Positions 25,201 to 37,656 of a DNA stretch of 64,000 bases are shown piece after piece. The first letter of the stretch is position 1. Each line of letters opens with the position of its first letter. The notes under the pieces are model-generated. The model was not told where the DNA came from. It did not search any database and was given only the letters and a program-made list of their open reading frames with translations. The stretch is from Lophium mytilinum. Its lineage: Eukaryota. Where the stretch lies: the NCBI GenBank assembly GCA_010093605.1, contig MU004197.1, positions 1,054,001 through 1,118,000 on the forward strand, written 5' to 3'. The translations under genes and the position numbers were made by a program.

Positions 25201-25343
25201 GGAGTAGAGCTGGAGGAAGTCGGTGTAGAAGATATGGACGAGTGCTCAGGCGAGGCCGTCTCATTCGTGCCTTGGGCGAGGGTGGAGCTGCATAGAAGCA
25301 GCAGGGCCGTCCAGATGCAGACGTATGCGCCAATCGGGGGCAT
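22263..25343 (-). CDS. SLP1: Mid-SUN domain ER membrane protein (Slp1/SUCO family)
   Basis: Signal peptide; FLSFEEWK; SUN domain KERFNYASFDCAATVLKTN..ENKDSYMLNEC..IVLANFEFFSS..YGNEYYCPVSLLRVHGTTMMEE; QESFFKSIHKRLQQLESNSTLSLQYIEEQS; TM VVQSTLLLLCLGLVLFV. Confidence 0.93.
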   Translation of the reverse strand: MPPIGAYVCIWTALLLLCSSTLAQGTNETASPEHSSISSTPTSSSSTPSSPSSSSTVLSSASLPIAAYPSISTCQFRTINYITHTLPQQCLKTSWSASTKAAADAVASESASSAGTESAVADEAIEQPKETPRGSDVHPTASSLNTVSDSSSSTVSDPAPQQSEASSTPSSTATAEPEAETDSPLDNANFLSFEEWKIQNLARAGQSPENVGQGRASGGGAGRRRPVNINNALDSLGEDTEIELDFGGFGNTGQNEDGDARWASGTKNDPSKTSDNSDGVPPSSRARSKDAGKTCKERFNYASFDCAATVLKTNSQCKSSSSVLVENKDSYMLNECAAQNKFIIVELCDDILIDTIVLANFEFFSSMFRTFRISVSDRYPVKLDRWKELGTFEARNSRDIQAFLVENPLVWARYLRVEFLTQYGNEYYCPVSLLRVHGTTMMEEFRHQEEMARGEDDFAEPIEEAGEPVTVADLVAEDSATRRTPESVEAAKLSESQHFQEPEKRAEVSQSEDSSTQPPETIVSESSKAPTERTETSAPSHNESISVNNESQSQPTPESSETSSVDTPTKATSTTSEIVKGSEQVTSNSSIVTPASTGPSQNASSVNSTSNASSTAKSQGNETVHGSSGSSSSAKTASSSGDQASSHTQSRTASSQTQPPPSNPTTQESFFKSIHKRLQQLESNSTLSLQYIEEQSRILRDAFMKVEKRQLGKTENFLQNLNASVVAELKVYRMQYDQLWQSTILELESHREQYEREIGAISTRLTLLADELVFQKRMAVVQSTLLLLCLGLVLFVRSGTIGAQLDSPIVQQMMGSAHNNTHLGKRIFDTPPASPPEAGGGRRVRGFRNMWRGDTSGSTRGSGSGHQSDPGFDRRGQLSSDGETDGGRSPVHFEFEPATPSSATLEGAAGGLGGASDRGSSESPQLERAEEDADGMVLETKVVLATQSGPATPRGSRDSQPTWEEVDKAVGMLKASDAADRKRSPLRRSQSYDDGGEDKENYRNEGPQDDEEDSGPDESEDIMGFD

Positions 25344-26773
25344 TGCTTGGGCGCATTTCTCAAGCAAGCTCTGTTGATAGGCACGGGAGGATGCGACGCT
25401 GTCTTTGTAGAACCATGGGAGGCGCTCAGCAGCTTACCGCTTCGCAGTGGTGAGGCGGTGAGGTGTTGTTCTTCGCAGGTGACAAGCTGTCCGTTGATAG
25501 CCCGTCCTTCCCTTTGTTGGGCCCCTCCACTGCACAGACTCGAGGAAACGGCAGGGAGATTGGCAACCTCAACGTTTAAGTTTTCATATAGCGGGTGTTA
25601 TAGGGCATGGCGCGTGAATACAGAATGTTTGAGCCTATCTATCAGATATTACAGACCCTGGATAGCTTCATCGTCCCATCCGAGTTGGAAGCAAATGGGT
25701 GCCAAGCGCAAGAGTGAATCCAGGTGCGAAGTCTAAATTCTCCACTAGGGCACGGTCGTTACGGACATGGGATCATAAATGGTCACCCTAACAAGACCTC
25801 TGACTTCGTTCAATCGTTGTCTATACTATTTGAAGACACGCGGCTTCGGGAGTCTAGATTATTGAAATTCCGTCAGAACTAAAGGGTCGCCTTCCGTTTA
25901 GATTCTATACAGTACAGTACATAGTTGGCTTGAAGCACGCCATACGGTAGCATACAAAACAGTAGCGAAGCAGGGGTGAACTTTTCCTTCGATCGACCGA
26001 ATGTCGGATGGTCTTTCTAGCCCGTTCCAATCCCCATCCAAATACATAGTACTAATACACTACCAACAGGCCACCGCCACCACCTGATCAGTACAAGGGC
26101 AGTAGACCTCACGGTGGCAGCGTTGCAAAGGAACACCATGAAATCGTAAAAGGCATGGTCATGAGACGGCAGCACATAAGGTGCACCAACGGCATCCCAC
26201 TCCAGGATCAAACGTGGGATCCGTTTCCCAACAAAGCCCCGACCAGCAGCAAGTAAATGTAACAAGTACAAACCACAAACCCAAAATAATAAATGGTGAG
26301 CGAGTGAAAAGCTCAAAGATCGCTGCCAAAGACCAAACCCCGCCCGTCCGAATGGATGATGTATGTTATGTACAAGAACCACCCGCCTTGTAAGAGTAGT
26401 CTTGTAGCCGTCTTGTGTTCCCCGATCTTTCAAAAACCCGCCGTGCCCTATCTCTACTCTTTGTTGAAGAAGTTGACCCTGTAAACGCCGTGCTAGAGAT
26501 GTCGTGAACGCCATGCAAAAAGGGTACTAAATGAAACTGTGCAAGCACCGCATCTACGCAGAAGCATGTTGCTTGCTATGTTGTCGTGAGTATGCAAATG
26601 CGTATGAATCGCCGAACGCGCCAACGCTGGTGATCGTGAAGGGGAAAAGGTACTGAAGGCTTCCGAAAACAAAGTCAGGAGGAAGCCTAGCAATCGACAG
26701 GCCCGGGTGGATCTCAAACTGGCGTCTCGGAGACAGATGCTAGTTGAGGAACCCCTTTGCCCCCCTCCCTATG

Positions 26774-28329
26774 TCAGAAACCCTCGTTGCCGGCGCGGCA
26801 AACTTTTATCTCCTTGACCCATTCTGAGAACAGAACTTGGTGGGCTGTGAGACGACGAGTCGGGTTCGGATCTAGGATCGAGTAGATCACATTCCGACAT
26901 TGACGCTGTCGCCACATTAGCTGCGAAGTCTCTGGAAAAGTAGACGACTTACTCGTCGTAGCACTTCGATAGGCCTGTAACCTGCCTCCTCTTTGCGGTC
27001 TTCGAGATAGCGGTCGAAGAATTCGTCCTCCCCTTTTTGAGCTAGTCGCCAGAGATGACGGCCAGTCCGCATGGCCATATAGATAATACCACAGGCCCAT
27101 ACATCCACAGCACGGGGATCAAACTCTTGATCGACGTATTCCTCCGGTGCGATATACGGCGCTGAACCACAAAGACCGGCAGTCATGTGGGCTTCCTTTT
27201 CCCAAGCCATCCGGAAGCACTCGCCATTGCCGAAATCCGTGATTTTGATAGAGCCGTGTGTAGTGAGTAGCAGGTTCTCAGGCTTCAGGTCTCGGTGAGC
27301 GACGCCCATTTCGTGCATGTACTCGACTCCGCGCATGAGCTGCTTGAAGAAGCAATCTGCCTCGAGGACCTCCAGTTGTCCCGCCGCGAGAACCAGAGTG
27401 TATAGGTCACCACCAGAGCAGTACTCCATAACCTCGCAGTACAGCCCCTTGTCGTCCTGTAGGAGGTCGAGAGTATTGATGACATTGGGGTGAGACATTG
27501 ACGAGGAAATGCAGAATTCGGACGTGAGGCGCTTCTGGTACTTCTTCGTGGATTCTCCGGGTCGCTGCTTGAACTCCTTCACGGCGTAGAGCTGCTCGCG
27601 CTTCGGATCGCGAGCATCTGGCTTGTGGGCGACTCGGACAATGCCGAAAGCACCACGACCAACAACCTCTTGGCATTTGCCGTATTTCTGTACCAGAGTC
27701 TGTGATGTGTTCCCCGAGGAGGCCTTCGACTCGACCATCTTTTCCTTTTCATTCCGCATGACATCCACCCAATTTGCCATCAAGCTCAGCGGCTGCTCCT
27801 CGGTGTGGCCCTCCTTTTTCTTACCCGTCATGAGATTCTGGAACATGTCGGATAGTTTCTCTTGGCGCTTGCCGACTTTGAGGTGATGCTCGTGGGTGCC
27901 GTCTTCATTCACCCAGTAGCGCTTGTACAGAGTAGGCGCCACGTCCTTTTTCTTGGCCTTATCGATCGTCGACGATGTTCTCACGACCTGCGGTGGGGAT
28001 ACACCTCCGTTTGCTGTAGTTCCGTTGGCGACCTTGCCCTCGGGGATATTGCCAACCACATTCACTTTCGAAGCCTCCCTGTTATCCACGTCCTTCTTGA
28101 ACATGCCGCTGATCCGCGAGGTCATTGTGGGCTTCTTCGGCTTGAGGCCAGCCTCCCCAGTAGCCAAAGCGGCCGTGTTCACGCCATTTGTCCGCGGAGG
28201 AGGCAGGGCGAAGTTGCCGTCGGGCTGGGACTGCAGGGACGAGGCGGTTGACGGGGCGGGTGAAGCAATGGGGCGAAAGCTTGCGCTCGGAGGAGGGGTG
28301 GCGAGGGCATCTGTCGCGCTGGAGCCCAT
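26774..28329 (-). CDS. SAT4: HAL-family Ser/Thr kinase (Sat4/Hal4-like); intron 26906-26952
   Basis: KYGKCQEVVGRGAFGIVR, YAVKEF, KRLTSEFCISSSM, HRDLKPENLLL, DFGNGECFRMAWE, GLCGSAPYIAPEEY, FDPRAVDVWA, MRTGRHLW. Confidence 0.9.
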
Positions 28330-28731
28330 GTTAACTGTCTCTCGCTGGGAGTTGAGATTTGGAGAGTGATTTGTTGGGGGTTGGCGAGGCAGCAGCCGGG
28401 AGAGTAGAAGTGAGACGGGCTGGGGCAAAGCCCAGAGGTGCTATTGGGATGCGCGCAAAACGGCGTGGTCACAGAAGCTGTGTCGCTGAAGGAAGAACGT
28501 GTGACGAGCGAACGCTGCTGGTGCGGGCGGCGTCAAGGTCTTGCGGATGGCAAAACCTTGGCACCGGAGGGGCAGTGATGCGCGCGAGCAAAAGATTCCA
28601 AGTGCTGACAAAAGCACCGAGCAGAGACGGTGGAGGTGGGAGCGGGTGGCTGTGCTGCGGACTCGGGCTGATCCGCGCGGCAGAAGACGTTAAGTGGACG
28701 TTGAGGCGGCGGGGGAGGCAGGTGAAATGGC

Positions 28732-28760
28732 GGGTGCTGTGGGTGCTGTGGGTGCTGTGG
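28732..28760. repeat. 9-bp tandem repeat (GGGTGCTGT) x3
   Basis: Read directly. Confidence 0.85.
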
Positions 28761-29133
28761 TGGGCAGATTCTGGTGGTGATTTGGGGGTGTGGTGTGCGA
28801 GAGCTGCAATAGTGAGGACAGACAGCGCGCGGTGAAAGGGAAATTCGGGGTGGCTGCGGGGCGGTGGATGAAAGGCTCGTGTTGCGCGATTTACAGCCGT
28901 GTGGGCGACTAAGCTGGCTGGATTGCATTTGTCTGGCTCTCTCCTCCCTAACTTATGTACAGTCGAAGCCAACGAGATGCCGGCCCACGGATGTGAGAAA
29001 GCGCAGAGGGCGGCGGAATCAAGGCCGCAAGCAGGTCTGCCAGTCACAGGCGCCCCTCGCAGACGACACCACATCGGAAATCACTTCGAGCACGCGGTCC
29101 TGCAGCCCCTTCTGCACAAAGCGGCCCCAGGAC

Positions 29134-29233
29134 GAGCCCGCTGTCTGCAAGGAGAGCCCGTTGTCTGCGCGAACAGCCCGTTGTCTGCGCGAACAGCCCG
29201 TTGTCTGCGCGAACAGCCCGTTGTCTGCAGCGA
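29134..29233. repeat. Minisatellite, 5 x 20 bp (consensus SAGCCCGTTGTCTGCGCGAA)
   Basis: Three near-identical central units with two diverged flanking units, read directly. Confidence 0.95.
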
Positions 29234-29753
29234 GAAGGCCCTTGGCCCCGTAGTCGCTTTGTGCGTGTCAAAGCTCGTCCTGGTCGGCAATATCGAAGGC
29301 CTCTGCGGGCTCACCTCCTCCGTGAGCCTGGAGCCGGCCCGGCGCCGACCCCGAGTCTGTACCGGCAAGTTTGATTATGGCATCGCAAAGCGCTGAACAA
29401 AGAGGTGACGTCGCGGATCACGTGTTTTGGCATCTGTCGTGCGGCCGGCCAACGACAAGCCTGACAAGCAAGACTCCAAGCACATTCGCTGCGAGCTTGT
29501 GAGCTTGTCTAGTCTTGACCGGCATCAGGGTCTCGATATCGACGAAGCTTGGTGCCCCAACGCTCTCCATCTTCACGAGACGGCGGGGACTACCCGGTGC
29601 TTTCTACCCCCTCGTGGAGTTGGCATTGCTTCGGGGCCTCCTGGGCCTGCACAGTGCGCCCAGACTCGCGCAGCAATTGGTAATATCATCAGCATCAACC
29701 CACCTTGGACGACGGCGCCAGCATTGCACAACCGTGGAAAGCCGCGCCGCGAT

Positions 29754-29792
29754 GCCTCTGCAGCCTCTGCAGCCTCTGCAGCCTCTGCAGCC
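29754..29792. repeat. 9-bp tandem repeat (GCCTCTGCA) x4
   Basis: Read directly. Confidence 0.9.
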
Positions 29793-32326
29793 GTCACGCT
29801 GATTAGACGCGAGGGACGCTAGGAATAGCACCATTCCGCCCTCCGTGCTGCGTCGGACAGCCTCACTGCCATGCCACGGCCGCATAGCTACAGACAGACA
29901 GCATGCTGCAGCTTGCCGTTGGAGGAACGAGCTGCATCCTCCCGCCGACGTCCTGCCACTCGAAACACCACGGTCCGTGTCAGCTCACATCCTCGACGGC
30001 AACAGCTGCTCCATCGGCCCATGCCACGGCCGTCTGGCCTCACCACGCGCCCTCGGTCCCCGCATCTCGGTCCAAGCCATGACACACTGGCCAGTCTCAA
30101 TCCTCTTCCACCTGCAGGCGACTCGTCAGATTCCCAGGGCCTCTGCAGCGCCGCCAGCAGCCAGTCAAAAATGCCGCAGTGGACTCTGGCACTGCAACAC
30201 GGCCGATCCGAGCATGGCGAAGTGCTGCGACGCATGCACCCTCAACGCTATTTGAACTGCAACCTGCCTGTCTAAAGCACGGCCCCCCGATCCGCCCTGC
30301 TGGTCCCGTCCGTCTGCTCGGGTTCTGTAGGAGCGAGTTGTGGAGTGGTTGCCGGAGGTGCCGCCTAGTGCCATTGGCCCGCCGTGTATCGTTCCCCGTT
30401 TAGTATTTGTATAGCAACACCGTGGTGTTGAGGCCTCATTTGGCCAGCTGAGCGGAGCCCTGCGGCACGGCTCGTCCGATGCAGTAGCACACTTATCAGC
30501 CTGTCATCGCTTGTCTTGTCCTTTACGCAGACGACGCAGGTAAGCGGTGCCACAGCGAGCGAGACGTCAAGCCGCTGCCCGATAAGCAAGAGCTGCAATG
30601 TTGTTTCTGCGTTGCGGCCGCACTGCAGTGCTGATCCTGGTCCGGCGAGCCCCGTCTTGCCCGTGGTATCGAACGTGAGAGTCATTGGACTACGGTGGCA
30701 GAGCCATTGTCTGAAACGGGTCGTTCCTCTTCTGAGTGCGTGCTGAAGGATGTACGCACGCAGGGCGAATATCGATTGTCCGCGGAGCAGGCCTACTGAC
30801 CAAATATCCTCTTCTACGGGGAGAGTAGTACGTACACAGCTCCGACTCCATATTCTTGCCGAAATCGTGTCGAAGTCGGCCTTTGCTCCTCGATCGACCC
30901 ATCTCCTCCGCCCCCGGAATACAGTGCATGATTCCCCAGCGACCAGGTTGGTGCCATCAGGTTGTAGAAGTTATTTTCCGATGTCCCTATTCTCATCCGA
31001 TCGCTTCCGACTGTCCTTGACAAGAAAAAACAACACATTTTGCAGGTCTGGTATCAGACAGCCACGTCATTTCACATGCTATATATCTCTTCTTCATCCG
31101 TCACATTTCAAGTCCAATCATATCTCAGTAAAATCTAGGAACAGTATGTGGTATCCGATTGCTCGAAAGGGCCGCGTATGTACGATTCAAGGCCAATTAG
31201 GTCATGTGGCTCTCAGGAATTGAGACCCGAGGTCTACGTCAGAAGGGCAGCACGTGTCCGACTGAAGATCTCGTAGTCTGAAAAACTAAGCACGATGAAA
31301 CAACCAATCTAACCATCGCAGATCTCAGGACCCTTATGTAGAACACTCCGCTCTCCAATCTTCAGTGCCACTGGCTCGGTATTACTCCGCCCTTTCCCGC
31401 ACCCGCATCTGCACCGAGAGGCTGGGCGGAATTCATCCAGTTATCTGCTCCTGGGACAACTACGTACACTTTTAACCAGGATATCTACAGTCAGTCACCC
31501 GCTGTATGTGTGGCAACGACCATCATTACTCATAGCTACGAGCCACGAGCAGCCTGATGTAATGTTTGAAAATCTTTCTGAGGAGTCCCCAACTCCCGGT
31601 GGCGAAATTAGCTTTGATCGAGATCCACGTTCGCACCAGTGCACATGCGAGCTCATAGATCGATCGATATTGATATTTCTCAGTTACTCTTTTCCTACTT
31701 ACCATCACGGTCGCAAATTATTCGCTTAGGGAACCTACTAACAACCACAAAACTTACATCAACAGCCCCATTCTTCCAAACCATATTTCCCAATCAACTC
31801 ACTCTCAGCAAGTGATGCTGAAAATGTGTCGAGCGCAGAGTGGGCAAGCTCGCTCCCATCCTCGAGTGCTTCCGTCGAGGATGGTATCAGCACAGGGCTC
31901 GTGAATCAGGCCTCCGCCTACTAGGTCTGGAAATCACTGCTCCATCAGACCTCCAGCAGCCAACCTACAAGGAAACCCCAAAATCATCCTCTAAACCGGA
32001 TTCAAAACCTAGTCAAAAGGGTGCTTCGATAGCGTTTGCACATTGCCAGGACACAATTGGTCTAACACCAACAAGCAGCTACACATAATGGTCCTATTCG
32101 TATACTCAATACCGATTCTATTCCATCCCGTATCCAAGTCTCTTACTCGTTACATAGGCGCTCAACCAAACCCATCGCCCTATCCTAACCATACCAGATA
32201 ATTCCGATATGGGCACGGGTTTTATACCAAAGCGGTCCCAATGGACGCTCACTCATCTAAACATACCCAAAGTCCTCGCTAGCTTATCCAAAGCACCCGA
32301 GTGTCTATCCGGAAACCGAAGAATCT

Positions 32327-35270
32327 TCAAGTATCACCAGTGCTAGCACTAGTAACCTCCTTCTTCTCAGCACTAGCCTCCTTTTTCTCCGCCACTGCGG
32401 ATTTGATCTTCTCCAATCCCCTCGCACCCTTGGCGAGCAGGCCCTCCCTGAATCCTACCTTCGCTTCCTTCTCAGGGGCGGCCTCTTCAGTCTTCTCCGG
32501 GGCTGTCTCTGCGGCCTCCGGGGCCTTCTCAGTGGAGCTCTCAGGCTCCTTTTCAGCAGCCTTATCCACGACATCAGCCAGCGTATCAGCCTTGACCTCA
32601 TGCTCCTTCTCAGCTGAAGTCTCCCCGACCTTATTCTCCGTCCTCTCCTTATCCGTCGCCAAGCCCCTCAAACCCTTCGCAATCAACCCCTCCTTCTCTC
32701 CCTCACCAGGCTCCTTCTGCGCGCTTCTCGCCCTCTCCACCAGTTTCTGGAAGCCCTGCTTGGCAGTATCTGCGCCCAACCGTGCCGTATCGAGAATATA
32801 CTCATTCTCCCTCAACGCCTTGATCCCCTCCACTCTACGTGTCAGATACAGCGTCGGCCGACTCCCACCCTCCCGACTCTCCTTCGCCTTGATAATCTTC
32901 TGGATTTCCTCCTGATACGCGGTCTCGTAGACGTCGATGTCGACAGCCGAAGGCGATTCGCTAACGATGATGTGAGAGTTGTCGGGCGCGAGGCTCTTAT
33001 TCCCCGGGTCCGCGCTCGTGCCATCGAGGCCGTCGCCAGTCCCGATATGGAGGAATAGCGTGTCTTCGAGCGGGTCGTGCGCCTGGCCTTTGCCCAGCGC
33101 GGCGTGAGGAGCCAGTGGCGGCGTTGGCGTTTTGTTGCGCAGGGGTTTGATGGTTTCGACGGACGGCTGCTCGCGGATGGTGTTTGCGTCGACGGCTTGT
33201 TTTGCGCGGGTGGCGAGGCTGCCAGCGCCAGCGGAGTGATAACGAGCAAGGCCGCGGGGTATTTTAAGATTAGATACGGCGTCGTTGGGAAGGGCTTGGA
33301 TTTGGCGCGGGTGGGTTCCTTCAGTCGCTTGGATTGGTTTGTGGTTGCTGTCGTCGTCAATTTCGATATCGTGGTGGATTCCTTCGGCCGCTAGGACGCC
33401 TTCAAGGGGTCGGCGGTCGTCTGCGTCTTGTGATTTGGAGGTGCGGAAGTGAGAGGAACCTCTTATTGACATCGGAGGTTGCACGATGCGTGACCCTTTT
33501 CCCAAGATGCCTTCCATGAGATCTGGGCGTTTCTTGAATAACAGTTGCTTGAATCGCTTGGCAGCTCGTACCTGGCACTTGATTAGCATTATTTTTCATG
33601 TGATAGCGGTGTACTTACTACTGTTATCAAATGATTCATATTCCCTGTGATAGCAGCATTGACTTCTTGGTCGGTGGGTGGATTGATGATCATGGTGATA
33701 TTTTCATTAGTTGGGAGTAAAGGATCCGTTCCACGTTTCGTCACCCATGGATGTTCCTAGCATGTTATTCCTGTAACTCATCTACTTCATGAGATAACTT
33801 ACTCGAAGGTCCTCCATCTGGATTCGTTTTCCAGGGTCCTTCTCCAATAGCTTGTGCAGGAGGTCTTTTAGATCTTCGTGGCAGCCTCCCTCAACATCAA
33901 GCCCATCGTTTCTTATCGAGTTGTAGAGCTCTAGTATCCCAGTCTTTTCGAAGGGGATTCTGCCGAAAATTAAGCAATAGAGTGTTACCCCCATTGACCA
34001 AATATCAGCAGCCTTTCCTGAAACCTCCCCGTGTCTTGCTACGCAAAGCTCCGGAGGCATGAAAGCTGGGGAACCTGCTGATTTTGCTGTCTTCATATCT
34101 GACTCTTTTTCGAACATCTCCGACACGCCAAAATCAACTATTTTGAGAACGTCATCGTCGGTGATCAGGCAGTTGTCCGGTTTGATATCTCGATGTATAA
34201 TGCCTTGAGCATGGACTGGGGGTAATCCCGCGTTAGTTTGAAGTCGTGCGCTTTCGTGTACTAGAACGTACGGTATTCAATGCCCAGTATCATATCGCGG
34301 AACCAGCATCTGCAGTACTCCTCAGGATAGGGGTCCGCTCTTTCTTCGAGTCCGACCTGCATAACAACGCCCTTCTTGCACATTTCCATAACCATGTATA
34401 GAGAGTCCTCCTCAGGGTCATCCAGCACTTCTACTAGCGAAACGACGTTCGGGTGGTCTAGCTTCTTCATGATGGCGATCTCCTCCTTGATGAGACTCAG
34501 TGAGTTCTCCGGGTCCACCGCATCGTCAGAAGAGTGTCGATGTAATGGCGAATTGAAGCCTAGCCTAGCAGCCTGAGGTCTTTGTCGATTCCTGGCACTG
34601 GGACGTCGGAGGAGATTGGACTGCGCGCGCTTCCGCAGGCGCGACTTTGAGAACTCTTTCACGGCCTAGACGACAGTATGTCAGCATGTTTCTAGCATGT
34701 CTTCTCCAAGGTCCCCGTATCAAGCTCCACGCATACTTCGAATTCACCCCAAAGCCCGGATTCCAGATGGGATCCTCACAAATTCATTTCCATACTGATC
34801 CACGGCCAGATGCACAGCACCAAACGAGCCGCGGCCTATCTCTTGCTTGATAAGGTACTGGTTGATGCGGTGCTGGGCGCTCCCGTCATCTTCGCTATTG
34901 CTGTACTCGGAGTGCGCATTGAGCGTTTCCTGTTGAAAGACGACGCGTTAGAGCGATGGTTCTTAAATACTGATTGTACCACCTGATTGCGCCACTGAAA
35001 ATGAGCACGTACTTTGACCTGTCTGTTGTGCGAGGCCAAACGGCGATGGTGTCGCAGAGGGCTCTGGTAAGCTGGAGCGGACCTGGTGGGGGATCAGCAA
35101 AGGGTCCTGTCCCCGGCGTTTCTTCATGCAACTCACATGTATTTGACAGGTGGAGGAGGTCGTTCGCTCTCTCCTGCAGCAGGCACAGCTAAGCTGATAT
35201 AGTCACTGGAAAGGATTCCAGGGACATTGTCAGAAGATAAGTGATCTTTCGGCGGGGCTGCGGGGTCCAT
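32327..35270 (-). CDS. Calcium/calmodulin-dependent kinase kinase (CaMKK, CmkC-like), 7 exons
   Basis: Spliced exons give HRINQYLIKQEIGRGSFGAVHLA, AVKEFSKSRLRKRAQS, EEIAIMKKLDHPNVVSLVEVLDDP, HRDIKPDNCL, VDFGVSEMFEK, SAGSPAFMPPELC, GKAADIWSMGVTLY, VRAAKRFKQLL; ATG at 35270 inferred. Confidence 0.9.
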
Positions 35271-35708
35271 GGCAGATAGGTAGGATCAACCCTGAAGAGC
35301 TACAAGCAGCAGAGGAGCGGGCGGAAACAAGGGCGGAGTGTTCTCCGGAGAGAAGGACGACTTGAGAGATGAGGATAAGTATTCAGAGGCTATAGTGACC
35401 TGCGAGAAAGTGTACAGAAGGAGGGAGGTCTGTCTTCTTCGATGGAGGGGAAACCGGTCAATCAATATTGCTGCCAATAATCGCGTCAGCCTCAGGCGTC
35501 GAGGGCTGGGCATGCTGCATCCCACCCACAAGGTTGACTCCAAGGTTGTCGGTTGTCCCTCACTTTCACGAGCTGGCGTCCGCTGCTGCACCCTGAGTGG
35601 CCACACTTTCGAGGGCCCTTCACCCATTTCTGCACCTCCTGCACCTGTAACCCTAACCACCACCACTCTTTGCGCACAAGCCCGTTGCATTGCATATTGA
35701 CAGCAGCC

Positions 35709-36326
35709 ATGATTCTCTACTCCTTTTACATATTCGACCGGCACAGTAAGCTCGACGCACCCATCGGCCTCCTGCAGGAGTACTGACCGATCGCAGCCGA
35801 GTGCATATACAGTCGCAAATGGAACACCCGGCCCATATCGGCCAGCACCAAGAGCACACGTCCGCAGTCGGGCGCCAGCATCACGAGCAATGGCGACGTC
35901 GCGCCGCCCACGCGCAAGGCCCTGTCCAAGGAGGACGACGCGAAGCTCATCTTCGGCCTGGTCTTCTCCCTCCGCAACATGGCCCAGAAGCTCGGCGGCG
36001 AAGACGACTCCTTCCTCTGCTACCGCACCGGCGAATACAAGCTCCACTACTACGAGACTCCCACGCGGCTGAAGTTTGTGATGCTCACCGACCATGGCGC
36101 CAAGACGCAGCGTTCAGCGCTGCATCAGATATGGGCACTGCTCTATGTCGAGTATGTAGTCAAAAACCCGCTCTCGCCCGTTGAGCATCCGGGAGGAATT
36201 GGCGTAGCAAATGTAATGTTTGAGCAAGGCCTAGACGCCTTCGTCGTAAGTCGACGTCTTTCCAAGATGGACCAACGGGCAACATGCTAACACTACTGAC
36301 AGGAGAGAGTAGTCCTCCCAACTTGA
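35709..36326 (+). CDS. BET5: TRAPP complex subunit (sybindin-like); introns 35746-35796, 36246-36302
   Basis: MILYSFYIFDRH, DDAKLIFGLVFSLRNM, FLCYRTGEYKLHYYETPTRLKFVMLTD, LYVEYVVKNPL. Confidence 0.93.
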
Positions 36327-36806
36327 TAAGCTTGATCCTAGATTCCACATTATGCCGTAGTTGCCACACCAGCGCCGCGCAGCTCCAGCAATCCCGTGTC
36401 TGTTAAGTAAGACAGCGTGGACAAGCAGCCGAAATCTTGTCAGGAGCATTATCATGCTCCCTCTGAATTCTCATACCAACCGGAAACGAGCTCACATGAA
36501 GGAGCCGGTACTATACGCGTTAGCGTAGTCGACGCGGCTGGAGGCGACCATATGGCACTCTCTAGGGGACCTTCAGGACGCTGTATCGAGAGACTGGTCG
36601 TGTATATATGTCTCTACGAAGGTACCGATGGGATGGACCACCTGTCGGTGATGGTATCTAATCTCAGAGATGTAAAGGACTCCTCAATATGAGGCTATGA
36701 ATCTGTCCTCTCCCAACCGAACTCCATGCCGTGAGATCCTAGGTCCTGTCCCTCTTGTGAACGCCTTCAATGCTATGCCAGACAAATAATAACCCCACGA
36801 CCACCG

Positions 36807-37485
36807 TTACAACATCGCAAGATCAAAGTCGTCCAGCTTATCCCGATACTTCATGATGTTCCTCTTGATCTTCGACGAATCCACCCAAGTGACGAAATCT
36901 TCCATGTTCCTGCAGCGCACATAAGTAAGCTTTCAAGCGCAAAGCCTGTCCTCAAAGATCACATACCTTGTCACCAAGAACGCCGGATCCGTCACAACCT
37001 CCGTAGCCACCCTCACATGGCCTTGCTCAATGAACTTGATAGCAGCCTGAACCGTATCCGCCATACGCAGCCGTGTCATCACCACGCCTAGCCGCCGACG
37101 AGCAAAGGCCGAGACTGTGACCTTGTGCTCCACATCGCTGAGTTTGCCGCGACCGCCGCCGCCGGTGCCAATGATTCCCATGTCGAAGAGCTTTTCCAGC
37201 AGCAGATCCTCATGCTTCCGCCGGAAGGGGTCTGCGGGGTCTAGAGCAGCGAGCCGATGTGCTAGCTGCTTCAGTGACCCGGCGATGGTGTTGTATTTCT
37301 GGTAGTCTGTAGGCTTCTGGATTGCATAGCGGCGAAGGATCTGGTGCTCGCGGTGGTTGCCGTCGCTCTTGTAGGTTGTGAAGTCTACTTTTCGAAGTAG
37401 TTTACTTTCGTGGTGCTTGAGTTTCTGGAGGATGGTCAGTACATGCTCAAGAAATCCGAGGCTACAGGACACTCACTCGAACCAT
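36807..37485 (-). CDS. IMP3: U3 snoRNP protein (S4 domain); introns 37425-37476, 36910-36966
   Basis: [75 protein letters not shown]. Confidence 0.96.
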
Positions 37486-37656
37486 GGTGGATTAGCAAGC
37501 GTTGGGGGTATATCGCGAAGAAAGTACGCAATGTTGGTGAAGTTGCGGGGATCTCGAACTTTTTTCGGCGTTGCCAAGACCGCCGCTTTCATTCACATTT
37601 CCAGGGTTCCCCACCAAAGCTTCAACTTTCATCCAAACGTCAATTGCGCATCCACC
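37486..37656. promoter_or_regulatory. Very short bidirectional promoter between IMP3 and HIS6
   Basis: Divergent start codons separated by 171 bp. Confidence 0.7.

Noticed and set aside
29134..29233. CRISPR-like appearance
   Set aside because: Head-to-tail repeats with no unique spacers, no cas genes, eukaryotic genome.
18098..35270. Three protein kinases within 17 kb as a cluster
   Set aside because: Unrelated families (GSK3, HAL, CaMKK); no evidence of functional linkage.
35286..36095. 269-aa - strand ORF
   Set aside because: Antisense to BET5 and its promoter; no domain features.
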